A stretch of DNA of 64,000 bases from Camelus ferus (taxonomy: Eukaryota): positions 61,010,001-61,074,000 of the forward strand of contig NC_045697.1 in assembly GCF_009834535.1 (NCBI RefSeq), in the 5' to 3' direction. Positions 37,258-50,379 of this stretch are shown in pieces. Position numbers and translations under genes: made by a program. Within the stretch, counting starts at the first letter, position 1. Every line of letters begins with the position of its first letter. The notes beneath the pieces are model-generated. The model ran no database searches. It was given only the letters and a program-made list of their open reading frames with translations, and was not told the origin of the DNA.

Positions 37258-40200
37258 AAGAAGTGGAGCTGAATCTGTATACAGGGTTTAGTATCCCTTT
37301 GGAGAGAAGAAGGATGCTGAAGCGTGGAATCAGGCCACATCCTGAAATTCTCCAACAGCATTTATAATTGGACCTTAAAGTATGCTTTATTCTTATAATG
37401 ATGGCAAGAATTTTGACATGTTGAAATATAGCTTTTTATAATACTATTTTAGCCCTGACCTGATGCAGTGACTTTTTCTCCTTAAGTTTCTTGTTGTGTT
37501 CAGCATTAGCTATTCATCTCTATATATTCAAATATATTCAAAAATCCTTTTTTCCCCTTTCTGTTGAAACACATTCTCCTTTACACAAAAATCCAGGCAA
37601 AAAACTACAGTGCCCCAAATCCTTTTAAGTACAATTGCTATTCTCCCAGCAAGCATAATGATTTGAGAGTTTGGGCTCCACTTAGACTAACGCAGGCTCA
37701 GTTAGCTCTCTTAATCTCTGTCACACACCTGCCAACCCTACAACAATTCAGTGGCATTTTCTTGCTGCACCTTCCATGATTATCCCTGCCTCTGTACCAC
37801 CTTGAAACTCTTTTAGTGGCTGGTGGTGTGTAGCCTGTACAAGCACTTTCAAATTTGTTTTATATATTGCTTTATCAGCAGCCCATTCTTTGGTGGATCC
37901 TATTTCCAAGTATATCTGGCACACACTTCTTCTCCTTTCCTAAGAAAGATTCATATTTCTTAAGAAACTGTGAGTTTATAGACATAGAATTAAGCATAAT
38001 TTCCATCCTACAATGTTCTGAGGTAGCTTCTTAGATTTCCACCATCAGAAATAATCTAGCATGCTTCTGGTGACCTTTCTGAAAACCCAAGTCTGCAATA
38101 GAAAAACCCTCCAAACTGACAAGTCTGATCTTAAATGACTGCCTTAGTTTCTTTCTGTTACTGAGTTGAACAACTTGGGTATCATAAGGAAAGAAAACGC
38201 TTGTGTAATTTAGAAAGATCAAGAATAATTTCCCATATCTTTGCATTAAAAAAAACCTTCAGAAGCCATGGATAGAAATGATAGATTTCACTGAAGCTTT
38301 CCTGGAGGTATGGAGTAGATATTGCATTTCCTGTCACATAACAAGCCTTCCAAATTGCACCTTTCTGCCTCTCTATGGACACTTGTCATCTGACTGTCAT
38401 CATCTTCCATACCCATCATTTCCTCTCTGGCCACTGTCCTCACTTTATTACTCAGAGCAACTTGGCTTTCCCTTGATTTTTCCAGTTCTCTGGAAATAGC
38501 TTCTCTGGCTATTTCCCCATTTGATTAAAACAATTGTTTTTATTTTTTTTTCTTAAATGTCTCAAATAGAGTTAATAAACTTTGAAAAATAATATATTTT
38601 ATTCTTGCAATTATTTGATAGCCTGATCGGATTCTTACCATTGTAAGTGTATTACTGATATAAGATCTCTTTTTCTTTCAAATGTTATCCATCTTTTCCA
38701 ATACTAAATAAGGTGGCATTTCTTGGGGTTCAAATTGAGGATAGACTTTGAATCAATTTATGCTTCAACTCAGCTCACACAAGGTGAATATAGACCTTGG
38801 CAAAAGTAATTGGATAAAATGCTAAGTCATTGCTTATTCCAAGACTCTATGAAGACTGCATTTGCATGACAGAACTTCAATAGGCGTAAAAAAACAAAAA
38901 ATCACTTACTGGTTTTTTTTCTTTTCTTCTCTCCAAATGGTTCTGTTAAAAAGACTGAAGGATTGGAAAGGGAGTCCCAATATGGTTGTGCTTGTTGGTG
39001 TTTAATGTAACCTGCTTCTCAGAAAAAATTACCAGGTTATATATCATTGCTTTTCTGTATTATGTCATAGACATGTCTATATAATATGCCTGAACTCTTT
39101 AAAGAAACAATGCCATTCTAGGCAGCCTTGTATATTAGAATTCCTTTCAAACACTTCACTACGTTAACACCTTTTTTAAACATTCTTATTTCATAACTCC
39201 ATGATCAACATATACAAAATTATTTACATAATTTGGGATTTTCTTATTTCCTAATTGAAAATAATTTGGAATTTGGCAAATATGCTTACAACAGATGCCA
39301 GGACAGATGTGTACAATTTATCATCCTTAACGTCAGAATCTGAACACATGCCTAAAAATAAGCACTGAGTGCTTAACATGATAGTTGAGATCATAGATTT
39401 TTTTTCTTAATCTGATTATACTTCTACTCTTAAATTAATGATCAAACAGTGATTGAAATCTGATAAATTGAAAGCTGAAGGTAAGGTGCCTTATTTATTA
39501 TTTCCTCCTGTCAGATTTTTAAGTATAAGTCACAGAGGTATTCCAGAGATAACTGATTTAAATTTATGGGCAGTCTTTTTTTTTTTTTTTTCTTTTTTCC
39601 AAAACAAATGATCACACTTCTATAAGCATTTAGCATTGATTTGAAAGTAGATCAAGAAGTCTTTGCCATATCTATATAATGTTGAAAAACCTTTATTTAT
39701 TATCTGAGTGAATATATGTTAATTAAAAATTCAGTGCCACAATCCTTTCAGCTTCTTAGTGAATAATCAGGAACAAAATAGCAAGGGCTCCAAATCAATC
39801 TATTTCTTTTATAACAAAATGAGGCCTATGCATGTAATTCTGGATGTGGATTCCAAATGTAGCCCTGAAAATGGCATATTATGTGATAAAGAAAAAGGCA
39901 TTTGGTTCTTCTGCCCCAACTCTTCATCTGTAATATTGACAGCTTGAATTTAGATGCTCTCCCTGCTCCCTTAAAAACTTTAATTCTATGGTCAAATGAA
40001 GAACATACATGTAAGTAGTTTAAAAATGACATTTAGAATTAAATACATGGCCCTGGAACTATTACTCTGTTATTAATTCAGGTATAATGGAGTTTAAGGA
40101 TGATAATTCTAAGACCACTTCAAGTCATATCTTTGTATAATACATTTATCTGAATTTTCCATTTAGGTAAACTTCAATGGAATACTCTTAAGTGGGTTAG

Positions 40201-41195
40201 TAAAAATTAGATTTTTTTCCCCCCAGCATTTAAAATTTTTATAATTATCCAAATCTTGAAATTCTCATAAAAGTTTAGCATCTTACCAATTTTTGAACTA
40301 TAACTTCATAATTAGAGAAGAAGCTTCTTAGCTGTAACTTAACTCTTCTCTCATAAGTATTTTTATGGAGTTGAATTTAAAAAATCATACAGAAGAGAGA
40401 GAACTCAAAAAGTATTCTATCCTTTTTTTCAAACAAGGAATGATGATCTGATTTGAACTGATGATCTTCCCAAACTGACAAGAAAACTAAGGATCCATTA
40501 TAATATTATAGAGAAATCAAGAATTATGCAAAGCAGGGAACACTTGAAGTTGCTTAGTATGATTGTACACTTGGCATTTAAAATATGAATAAACACAGAA
40601 ATTAAATTATTATTCTGTTAATAGGGGTAATGTTACTCTCTTTCATTTAATTACAGAAGAAATATTTATCTCAATACAGACAAAAAAATCCTATAAACTT
40701 TTGAAACACAAAGAAACATAGGAGGAAGGAGAAGCAGCAGAAATCAGTTGTGCAGATGTTGATAGCAGACACCAAACATATAGAAACAAAGAGAACTCTT
40801 TTCTCTAGAATATCTCTGCAAGTCATATGATGACTGTTTATATTTTCATGTTTAAGCTGCATCACAACATTTTAAAGATGACCAGCAATTTAGAAAGACA
40901 GTTTTCTAAATCTAAATTTTCTTCGATATTTTCTTACCCTATTTTTGATAAATTGGTTCAAAATTGCTCCTGTTTAAAAGCAAATATTAAATAGAAAAAA
41001 AGACTAAGCAAAAATACCACTAAAGGAAAAAATGCCCTATATCATGGTACAGACTAGTCTAAAAACATTACCCTAGAAAAATATTGTAAGGATGGGTAGT
41101 TCCCTATACTATGAAAGAAATAAATGTAAAACACTCAAATAATAAGTTTGTTAATTATGGGAAGTGACAGGTAACTAGAGGAAAGGTAGAGAAAA

Positions 41196-41600
41196 TTGTC
41201 TGAGGCTAGATTCCCTAGAAGCAAACAGTGAGAGAGGAGATCTGTGCAAGCAATTAAGTAAGGCACTTGTAGAAAAGGATACTTAGTAGCCCAAGGGAAG
41301 TCCCTTAGGGAGAGCAGTGTAGCCCTAGAAGTAAAACATGCTAGAGGAATAGGAAGAGGGCAGATAGTGAAAGTAACCCAAGAATGTCTGAAAGTAGGAT
41401 CAATAGCATTCACAGAAACTATCTTGATCTAAATTTCCATAAAAGCAGATTCTGAGTCAAGAACTCAAGTGTAAACAGAATGCCAGGAAAGACTGATAAG
41501 AGTGGAGAAGTGAAAAAGGGAAAGGAAGGAAGGAAATACTGGGTGCTTTATTAAGCACTTTTTCACTATAGTTAATAGGAGCTTAATCTCATCGATGTAT
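41196..41600 (-). mobile_element. Two adjacent old ERVL LTR fragments (LTR33/LTR67-like)
   Basis: 'tgtctgaggctagattccctagaagcaaacagtgaga' and 'ttccataaaagcagattctgagtcaagaactcaagtg'. Confidence 0.55.
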
Positions 41601-41624
41601 AGAAACGTGGAGTTGCATCCTTAG

Positions 41625-42470
41625 AAATATTTTTAATTTGACCCATTCTCATGATGTGTGATTATATATCATTGTGGCTTTATATGCATATCCTTGGTAA
41701 TTAAAATTTTATCACATTTTTCTGGATATTTTTAAGATCTCTCTTTATCTTTGGTGTTTGGTTATTATGTGACTGTTTTCTTTTAATCTATCCTGCTTGA
41801 ATTTATTTAGCTTGTTGGATCTGGATGGTTTTTAACATATTGGGAATTTTGGCAATTATTTGTTTAAGTTTTTTTTTTTTTTTATCTGAATTACTTACTC
41901 ACTTCATTTTCAGGGATTTCAATTTATTTATATAAAGACTCCTTAATATTGTCCCATTGTCCAGCATAATCCTGAGGATCTCTTAATATTCTCTCAATTT
42001 TTAAAATCCCTTTTTAAATTCAGATTGGATCATCTCTGTTGATATATATTTCAATTTCTCTTTATTTATTTATTCATTTATTTAATATTTTTGCAGCCTC
42101 TAACCTTCTGGTAATCCCATTCATTTTTCACTCCAGATATTACCTTTTAAGTTCTTGAATTTCCTTTTCCATTCCAGACATCTGGATAGATTTTATTTCT
42201 CTTCTTTTTATTCATTATGAGCATCCTTTTCTTTGTTACCTTGAACATATTTATGACAAGGTTTTAAAATCCTTGTCTTCTTGTTACTATTGTTAATATT
42301 GGCTACTCCTATCCCCTTAATTATACATCCATTTTTTTCACTTCTTTCATATCTAATATATGTAACACATATATACTTAAAAAAATTTATGCTGTAATTT
42401 GTTGATACGTTCTACAGAGTTTGATTATGTTGTCTCCCTTTACAGCCTGTTGAATTCTGTTCTAGAGTGC
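41625..42470 (-). mobile_element. Old L1M fragments (ORF1 region)
   Basis: T-rich 'tctctttatctttggtg...atcctgcttg...gggaattttggcaattatt'. Confidence 0.65.
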
Positions 42471-43195
42471 ATCCTCATTTCAAGATGTATACACTGCTAC
42501 CATTTCCTGAGTGTTTTTGGGTTTTTGAAATATTATGCTTTTATTCCACTGTTCCTTTAGTATCAGTTTTTTGTTTGTTTGTTTTTGTTGTCATTTATCG
42601 CTCATCCATTTCCATATTTCAGAATATTTTACTTTTATCTCTTTATTCATTCTCTTTGTCCTACAAATATATGCTATTCCATGTCATTTATAGGACACTT
42701 TGATAGAGAATGAAAGGAGACACTTGTGTCCAATCTGTCATCTTTAAAGAAAATATTAGCTGAATTTTCTCACTCTACTTTTCCAAATTCAAAACTTACT
42801 TTATTCACTATACTGATAGCATTTGGTTTCCCAACAGTCTCTAAGCTTTTAAGATTCAATGGCTTAAAATACTCATTTCCCTCTGGCTAGAATGCATTTC
42901 GCCACTGTCACTCACTTCTCTGCTTATTGACATGTTATTCTTCCCTGATGGCTTGCTAAAATGTTTCTTTCTCCTTGAAATCATCCCAGTTCTTACCAAA
43001 TTAGAATTAAATGGCTTCCCAGAGCCTAAAAATATTTATCTTTGTCTTTATTTTAAACTTTATTGCATTTTGTCTGCATTATGCTTAATATTTATCAGTC
43101 TCCTGAAACACACTGCAAGTTCCTAAGCATAAGAAAAATTTGAATTCTCACAATTTTTAAGTCATACTGAATAAAGATTTTCAGATGTGTCATAT

Positions 43196-43648
43196 TGTTA
43201 AAGAAAAAACTATTCTGACAGTTGTTAAAATGGCAAAGAAGACTTTACTCAAGACTGCTGCAATAGGAGCAGTAAGGAGTGGCTGTGCTCAACTTTGAAT
43301 ACAAGAAATGCAACTGGGGATTTATAGCCAATGTGAATGGTAATGGATGGAAAATTACTAAGAGGAGACATCAAGCTTGTGGGGTTGGGGTGGTGATTTT
43401 TACTAAACTGGCCTAAACAGGATTTTTGTTAAAGGCAGGCCAAGGATTTATATATTAAAGGTGAGGAGATAAAGAAATTGATCAGATATCAAGGGTGAGA
43501 AGATTCTTGTTGAACTGAATAGGCAGGATGCTTACTAAAATTGGGCTAGGCAGACAAAAGAAAGGACAGGGACCAAAATCTAGGACTAGTTAAAAAAAAA
43601 GCTCAGAAGAACCTGATTAAATTTTGATCAAAGAGAGAGTCTTTGTCA
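43196..43648 (-). mobile_element. ERV1 solo LTR, MER31-like
   Basis: Reverse strand starts 'tgacaaagactctctctttgatcaaaattttaatcagg'; TG...CA; 4-bp TSD atat/gtat (mismatch explicable by CpG decay). Confidence 0.85.
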
Positions 43649-44813
43649 GTATGCTCTTAGCTTTTCATTTCTTTGAACATTCAGAACCCTCTGCCTGAAA
43701 TAGCTTCCTCACTTCTACCCAGTATTTAGTGTGTCCTCATGCTCTTATCCAAGTATTATTTCACTTCATGCTGTCTTTCATTAACTCCCTCAGAAATAAT
43801 GAGATATAACTTCGTCTGGTCTCCCTATAGTAACTTTTGTTACTATGATAGTACTTATCATGGGGTAATGTTGTGCTTAAATCTTCTGTCACAGACTCTA
43901 GCTTTAAGCACAAGGAGTATGTCTGATTTAATATTTTAGTTCCCAAGTATAACAAGGTACACTTTCAATTGGACTTCTTGACCTTTTACAGTTGGATAAC
44001 CCTCAAAAATTATCTGGAATTTTGGATGTTACCCAGATGATCTGTGAAACTTGTCACTATCAGCTATAATTACACATTTATTAATAAGTACTCTTTGAAT
44101 TTAGTTGAATGTTTTGGACCAAAGATAATTGTGATCAAGGGAAAGATAAGTTCCTATTTGAAGGATAATGAATCTTGATTGTCATTTAAACATGATGAGA
44201 ACATGTCTATTTCCATTTATGTATCATTTTTAATTACACTTAATTTGGTTTTTATAAACATAGTTCATTTCAATGACAGCTTGAAAGAAATTTTCTTCAG
44301 CAAAATTTTCAATGTGAGCAGATGCAATCATTTTTAAAAAACACATGTGTTGATACTCAGATTCCTCCATATTTCATGTATATAATATATAGAATGCAAC
44401 TGTATTATTTGTTTATTATAAATTATTATTAATAATTACCATGCATAATATACCCCTAGTTTCCCTTAAGTTACATATATATTTCAAGATAATTTTCTTG
44501 TTCCAAAAGATTCTGGACATTATTACTTATAAAATGGGCTGGCTGCTAAAAGCAAGGGTATCTTAGAGAAGAACAGTTTTCATCAGATCTAGCTAAAGAT
44601 AAGTGAAGGCAAAAGAATGAAGCTAGTACCAGAGTAATGGAAGAAATACTAAGGGGAAAAAGGAGATAATGCCACATGAAACTGAAAACAAAAAAAGAAA
44701 AAGTAAAGTTAACTAAATAAAATTTGACAGACCATGGGATTAGGGGGTTGTACTAGACAACAGAGAGATCTAAAGGGAAGAAATCTAAGAAAAAGAAAAC
44801 CAATCAAGAATTC

Positions 44814-45185
44814 TGTAGTCAGAAAATTTTTAGTTGCAAGTAAGAGAAACAACTGAAGTTGACTTAACAACAATAGAAAAGAATCTGTCTGGGGTGATGG
44901 GGGTGGCAGGGAGGGGACTGATGTTGCCTTATGAAACTGAGAGGTCCATAACTAAACCATGTGGGATCCAAATACTTAAACCATTAAAATCTGTTTGCAT
45001 CTCTTACTCTGTTTTCTTTCTTAGTCATGCTTTCCTTACTTGAGGTTAAAGATGACTACCAGTTACTACAATAAGCTTAACAGAAGTAGTAGACTGAGAA
45101 TGTGTCTTTCCTAGCAGATCTGTATTTTTTTTCTCCATTGGCCAAATGTACATCATAACCTCAACCTGAACTAAGAGTGGATGAG
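44814..45185 (-). mobile_element. Old MLT1 (J/K-like) LTR remnant
   Basis: 'tagtcagaaaatttttagttgcaagtaagagaaac...ttccattggccaaa'. Confidence 0.6.
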
Positions 45186-45410
45186 GAAAAGACAAGTCTG
45201 GGTATTGTTATCTGAGAATGAGGGAATTAATTCTGGACAGTTACCAACAAATAAGCAAATAATATATACAGGAAGAGGTGGCTTATACAGTGACAGAAAG
45301 ACAAGACTATGGGATGAAAACAAAAAGTTGAAAATGAGAATAATGGGAGTAGGGTTAAAAAAGAAAATAAGATGGACATAAAAAAGATTGAAAATATGAT
45401 CATAATCAAA

Positions 45411-45516
45411 ACATATATATGTATATATGTCATATATGTGACATATATACTAATTTACATAAGGGTATGCGTGTGTGTGTGTGTGTGTATATATATACAC
45501 ACACACACACATATAT
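45411..45516. repeat. Self-complementary TA/TG/CA microsatellite complex
   Basis: (GT)n(AT)n(AC)n, plus 12-bp inverted arms gtatatatgtca / tgacatatatac at 45421-45450. Confidence 0.9.
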
Positions 45517-45637
45517 GAAATAGATACCTAGATTTATTTTTTAAACCTAACAGTAAATTCACCACAGCAATTAGTGTTTCGTAGTAGTGACGGAAAATCT
45601 GAGTACAGTCTGCCCTTCTCAAATTCCTTTTCCTTAC

Positions 45638-45661
45638 CAAGCTTGTTGGTTTGATTAGGTG
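45638..45661 (-). other. Candidate 24-nt microexon (unverified)
   Basis: Minus strand: ccttctgttttatttactgcag|CACCTAATCAAACCAACAAGCTTG|gtaagg. Confidence 0.25.
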
Positions 45662-46832
45662 CTGCAGTAAATAAAACAGAAGGTAGCCTAGTCTCCCTTC
45701 TCAAATATGCATTTGCTCTCCCAGGTCTGCAAGGAAAAATATATTCACTACGTGAGAGGGAAATCACTCATATATATACATATATATATATGCATATATT
45801 TATATATATTTAAAGTAGGCTTATATAATAAAAATGCATTGATATGGCTAAATTCTTGGCTTCGACCTTAGCTAATTTCAAAATTGGAAGCAGTGGTGCT
45901 AACAAAAATAACAGATTTGTTCATGGCTGCTTATGGGTGCTATTTTATTATATATAAAACACTGCAAACCATTTTGAGTGGATGAGGGCTAAAGGTTGAG
46001 TGGTTGTAATGAAGCAAAATTGCAGGTTCCCAAGGGCAGGGTGGAAAAGCAAATGAACTGTGTTTTTAGTTCCTTAGAAATTACTTTGGCAATTAAGAGG
46101 TGTTCATATATGTGGTTTGACTGCAATCAGGGCACCCAGTGGAATACCCAGACGTTTCTTAATGTATGTTGGCCATTATTTGAGCAATTATAAAAGGGAT
46201 ATAAATGCTAACATGCACATTTCCAGTAATATGGCTTTCAGTCCCTATACCATCATTGTAGAAATGTATTATGTGGCTTCTTTAAACCCAGCTTGCTCTG
46301 CAAGGTCAGTGCAACCAGCAATTCATTCCTTGCAGAGTAACCATTTTATTAGGTAGCATGGAAGTCAGAGCTCCCTATTTCATTAAATGGCAATTAAGTA
46401 ATTTAAAAATAATACTAAGCCTCTTAATCAGCTTGTTTTGCCATGTGTTCCACAAGGGACCTTGGCATTCTCTAACAATTAATAAGAAAAGTGCTTCATG
46501 AATACAACCAATGCTTTTAAGCTTTGAATTTTCCTGCCAAACCAGAGGTTTTAAAATATTTCTCTTATGAAAGTGCTCTTTTAAAATGCATACTCTCTCA
46601 ACAAGAGAAAATCTTTTAATGAGTTAATGAGGCAATTATCTATTGTTAGGTAGAGCATATTTTATTTTACAGTAGTTTAGACCAAAAAAAACAAAGTCAC
46701 ATCCTAGATGAGTAGTTGTGAGTGTAAGCAAATAAAAACTCTTACAAATATCTGTTAAATCATTTTGTGCTTCTACCTGAAATATATAGAATTTGAAACT
46801 GTCCTTGGAGAAAATTGTGCCTTAGATAATCA

Positions 46833-47337
46833 TTTGAGTTATCTATTGCTGCATAACAAACCACCCCAAAGCTTAATGTCCGAAACAAGAACAATAATTT
46901 ATCCTGGTCCCAAATATTCAATTTGGGCAGGGTTCGACAGGGACAATTATCTCTGCACTGCATGTTGTCAGCTGGCGTGGCTGAAATAGGGGCTAGAGGA
47001 CTCACTTCCAAGATGGCTTACTCACTTGGCTGGCAAGCTGGTGCTGGCTTTCAGCTGGGAACTCAGCCAGTGTTGTGGACCCTGGTTCCTCTACCATAGA
47101 GTGATTCGGATTCCTCAGAGCATGGTGGCCAGGTTCCAAAAGGAAGCATCCCATGAGAACCAAGTGGAAGGTGTATTGTCACCAGAGCATCACATCTGCC
47201 AGGAGTACATCCTCTCCCAGACTCAAAGGGAGGAAACCTACCCGCCACCTCTCCATACGAGAAGTTTCAAAGGTCACACTGGAAAAAGCAGGATAGGAGA
47301 CAATATTTAGATAATTTTTGAAAATACTATCTGTACC
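46833..47337 (-). mobile_element. MaLR solo LTR, MLT1F/G-like
   Basis: 'agttatctattgctgcataacaaaccaccccaaa...cacttccaagatggcttactcacttggctggcaag...tttgaaaatacta'. Confidence 0.85.
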
Positions 47338-47454
47338 TGTACCAATGTTTATAATACTGATGTAAATATATTTAAGACCACATGATAAAAAAGAAATTCT
47401 ATTTGCTCAGAGCCACAAGAAAAGAAAAATTTTTTAGACTTTATTCAGTACAAT

Positions 47455-47660
47455 ACAGTGGAAAAAGGACATGTGTTAAAATCCAACATTGTATTCTAAA
47501 TCCTCTGATAACTAGCTGGGGGACTCTAGAGAAGCCACATAAGCTCTCTGAGCACTTTGCTATTCATCGTTAAAGTTAAGTCTAATAATGACTATTTTGC
47601 AGGGGTATTTGCCATACAGATAAAATGAGGTAATGATATAAAGAACTCTGTGCAGGAGTC
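47455..47660 (+). mobile_element. MIR SINE
   Basis: 'cagtggaaaaagg...ttctaaatcct...actagctggggga...ctctctgagc'. Confidence 0.7.
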
Positions 47661-48010
47661 ATTAATTTTTTGTCTAAAGCACATATATTAACATATCACT
47701 GTGTTGTTACCAAATAAGATGAAGACAGTGATAATTTTATATCCAGCAAATCAATGCCAAAATGACCCTAGTATATCTTAACAACCTTGATGATAGACAG
47801 TGGAGGTGTCTACAGGTTATTCATACAGGATTAGTTTGAAAGACTATGAATTTCAGCCTACATGGCTTGTTATCCTGATACTTCAAGTACCTGGCTCCTC
47901 ATATTGCTGGAAGGAATAACACTGTAAACTAAACAATTCTTTTCTTTTTTTCTAAGATATGGGAAAAAATCATCTGTCACAAAAATGTGTCAAAATATTT
48001 TTGCTGTTGT

Positions 48011-49355
48011 GAATAGAGAGCCCAGAAATAAACCCACACACGTTTGGTCAATTAATTTTTAACAAAGGAGACAAGAATATACAATGGAGAAAAGATAGTC
48101 TCTTTAGCAAGTGGTGTTGGGAAAGCTGGACAGCCGCTTATAAATCAATGGTATTAGAACACACCCTCACACCATACACAAAAATAAATTCAAAATAGCA
48201 TAAAGACTTAAATATAAGACATGACACATAAAACTCCTAGAAGACAACATAGGCAAAAAGCTCTCTTAATTTGCACCAATGTTTTCTTAAGTCAGTCTCT
48301 CTATGCATTAGAAATAAAAGCCAAGATAAACACATAGAAACTAATCAAACCTATAAAGCTTTTGCACAGCAAAGAAAACCATAAACAAAATGAAAAGACA
48401 ACCTATGGGCTGGGAGAAAATATTTACAAATGATGCCACTGATAAGGACTTAACTTCCAGAATATACAAACAGCTCATATAACTCAATAAAAACAAACAA
48501 ACAAACAAACAAAAATAACTCAATCAAAAAATGGGGAGAAGACCTAAATGGACATTTCTCCAAAGAAGAAATACAAATGGCCAATAGGCACATGAAAGAT
48601 GCTCAACATTGCTAACTATTAGAGAAAAGCAAATTAAAACTACAAGGAGGTATCACCTCACACCAGTCAGAATGGCCATCATTCAAAAGTCCATGAACAA
48701 TAAATGCTGGAGAGGGTGTGGAGAAAGGAAACTCAGCTACACTATTGGTGGGAATGTGATTTGGTGCAGCCACTATGGAAAACAGTATGAAGGTTCCTTA
48801 AAACACTAAAAATAGAGTTGCCATATGATCCAGCAATTCCACTCCTGGGCAAATATCAGTAGGAAATTAATCTGAAAAGATACATGCACCACAGTGTTCA
48901 CAGCAGCACTATTTGCAATAGCCAAGACATGGAAACAATCTAAATGTCCATTGACAGATAAATGGATAGATTATATATATATATATATAAAAGAGAGAGA
49001 GTGAGAGACAGAATGGAATATTTCTCAGTCATAAAAAAGAATGAAATAATGCCATTTGCAGCAACATGGATGGACCTAAAGATTATCGTATTAAATGAAG
49101 TAAGACAAAAAGAGAAAGACAAATACCATATGATATCACTTATATGTGGAATCTAAAATGTGGCACAAATGAACTTACTTACAAAACAGAAACAGATTCA
49201 GACATGGAAAACAAACTTATGGTTACCAAAGAGGGAAAGGCGTGGGGGAGGGATAAATTAGGAGTTTGAGATTAGCAGATACAAACTACTATATACAAAA
49301 TAAACAAACAAAAAGTCCTACACATCATTATAAATCAGCTATACTTCAATAAAAC
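48011..49355 (+). mobile_element. Young 5'-truncated L1 (ORF2 3' third + deleted 3' UTR), disrupted
   Basis: ORF2 peptides ([32 protein letters not shown]); exact 16-bp TSD atatttttgctgttgt at 47995-48010 and 49356-49371. Confidence 0.95.
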
Positions 49356-50379
49356 ATATTTTTGCTGTTGTTATTTCTGTTAATTCACAGTTAAAATGGA
49401 TCTGGACAGATCAGCAATCCTGATTGATAATCACTGTAATTGTCTTCAATTTATTTGCCAACCACTATGGAACAATTTATAAACATATCATTATCTAATT
49501 GTATATGCTGATATTCAATAAGTTATATAGATGATCATGTTCAACAAGCAAAATGCCCAAATCAATGTTTTTCCTATAATAACATGCAACTTAGCAAGTT
49601 ATTAAGGAACCTGTATTTAATCATGTCTGTCTTTCCACACTCACATACACAAAGCCATATTCAAATTCAGAATAGCAGAAAGTAAAATATGGAAGTGATT
49701 TTCAGTTTTTAAATTTATCTGTATATCCTAGAAATGCTACAACTAGATCCATAACATGTGTACACTTAATGCTTTGTTAACTTCTTTCTAACTGGCTTTG
49801 AAGGAGGAAAGAAACCTTCCAGTTTATAAAATTAAAAAATCTATAAACTATTAAATGTGTAAATATAACAGTAATGTAATATGGTTTTGTATTTCCTTGC
49901 AGTCTACATGGAGAAACCACTATTTAAAACCATGTAAGGGATAAAACTTCTTTCTGTTGCTATGTAATCCAAATATCATTCTTTTGTCCTGATATAAATC
50001 CACTTAACTATTTTTTCCAGTTCTAATTTTAAATTATAGAGAAATAGGCTGCTTGAAACATAGATTGCTATTACTGAAATATAGTTTACAGGAAATGGTG
50101 ATTAGAAAAATTATACTAATACACTTAAGTTTTCTGGGAGTAAGGTACTATTTTTCCTATAATTGCTGACATACTGAAAATAGATTCACTAATTTTGCTT
50201 CTCTGGCTTCTAAACAAGTTTGAACAATGAGAAATCAGCCTGAAATTTTACTTTAATTTTTTTTATAATTTTGCTTTACTTAATAAAATATGGAAATGTT
50301 TCAGTAATCTAAATAACAGACTTTTGGTAACCACAACTCTGATAAAGCTACAAAACATAACTTTGTTTCAAAAGCCACT

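Noticed and set aside
39440..39490. Strong donor AAG|gtaagg at 39481
   Set aside because: The nearest upstream AG lacks a pyrimidine tract and all three frames of the implied exon contain stops.
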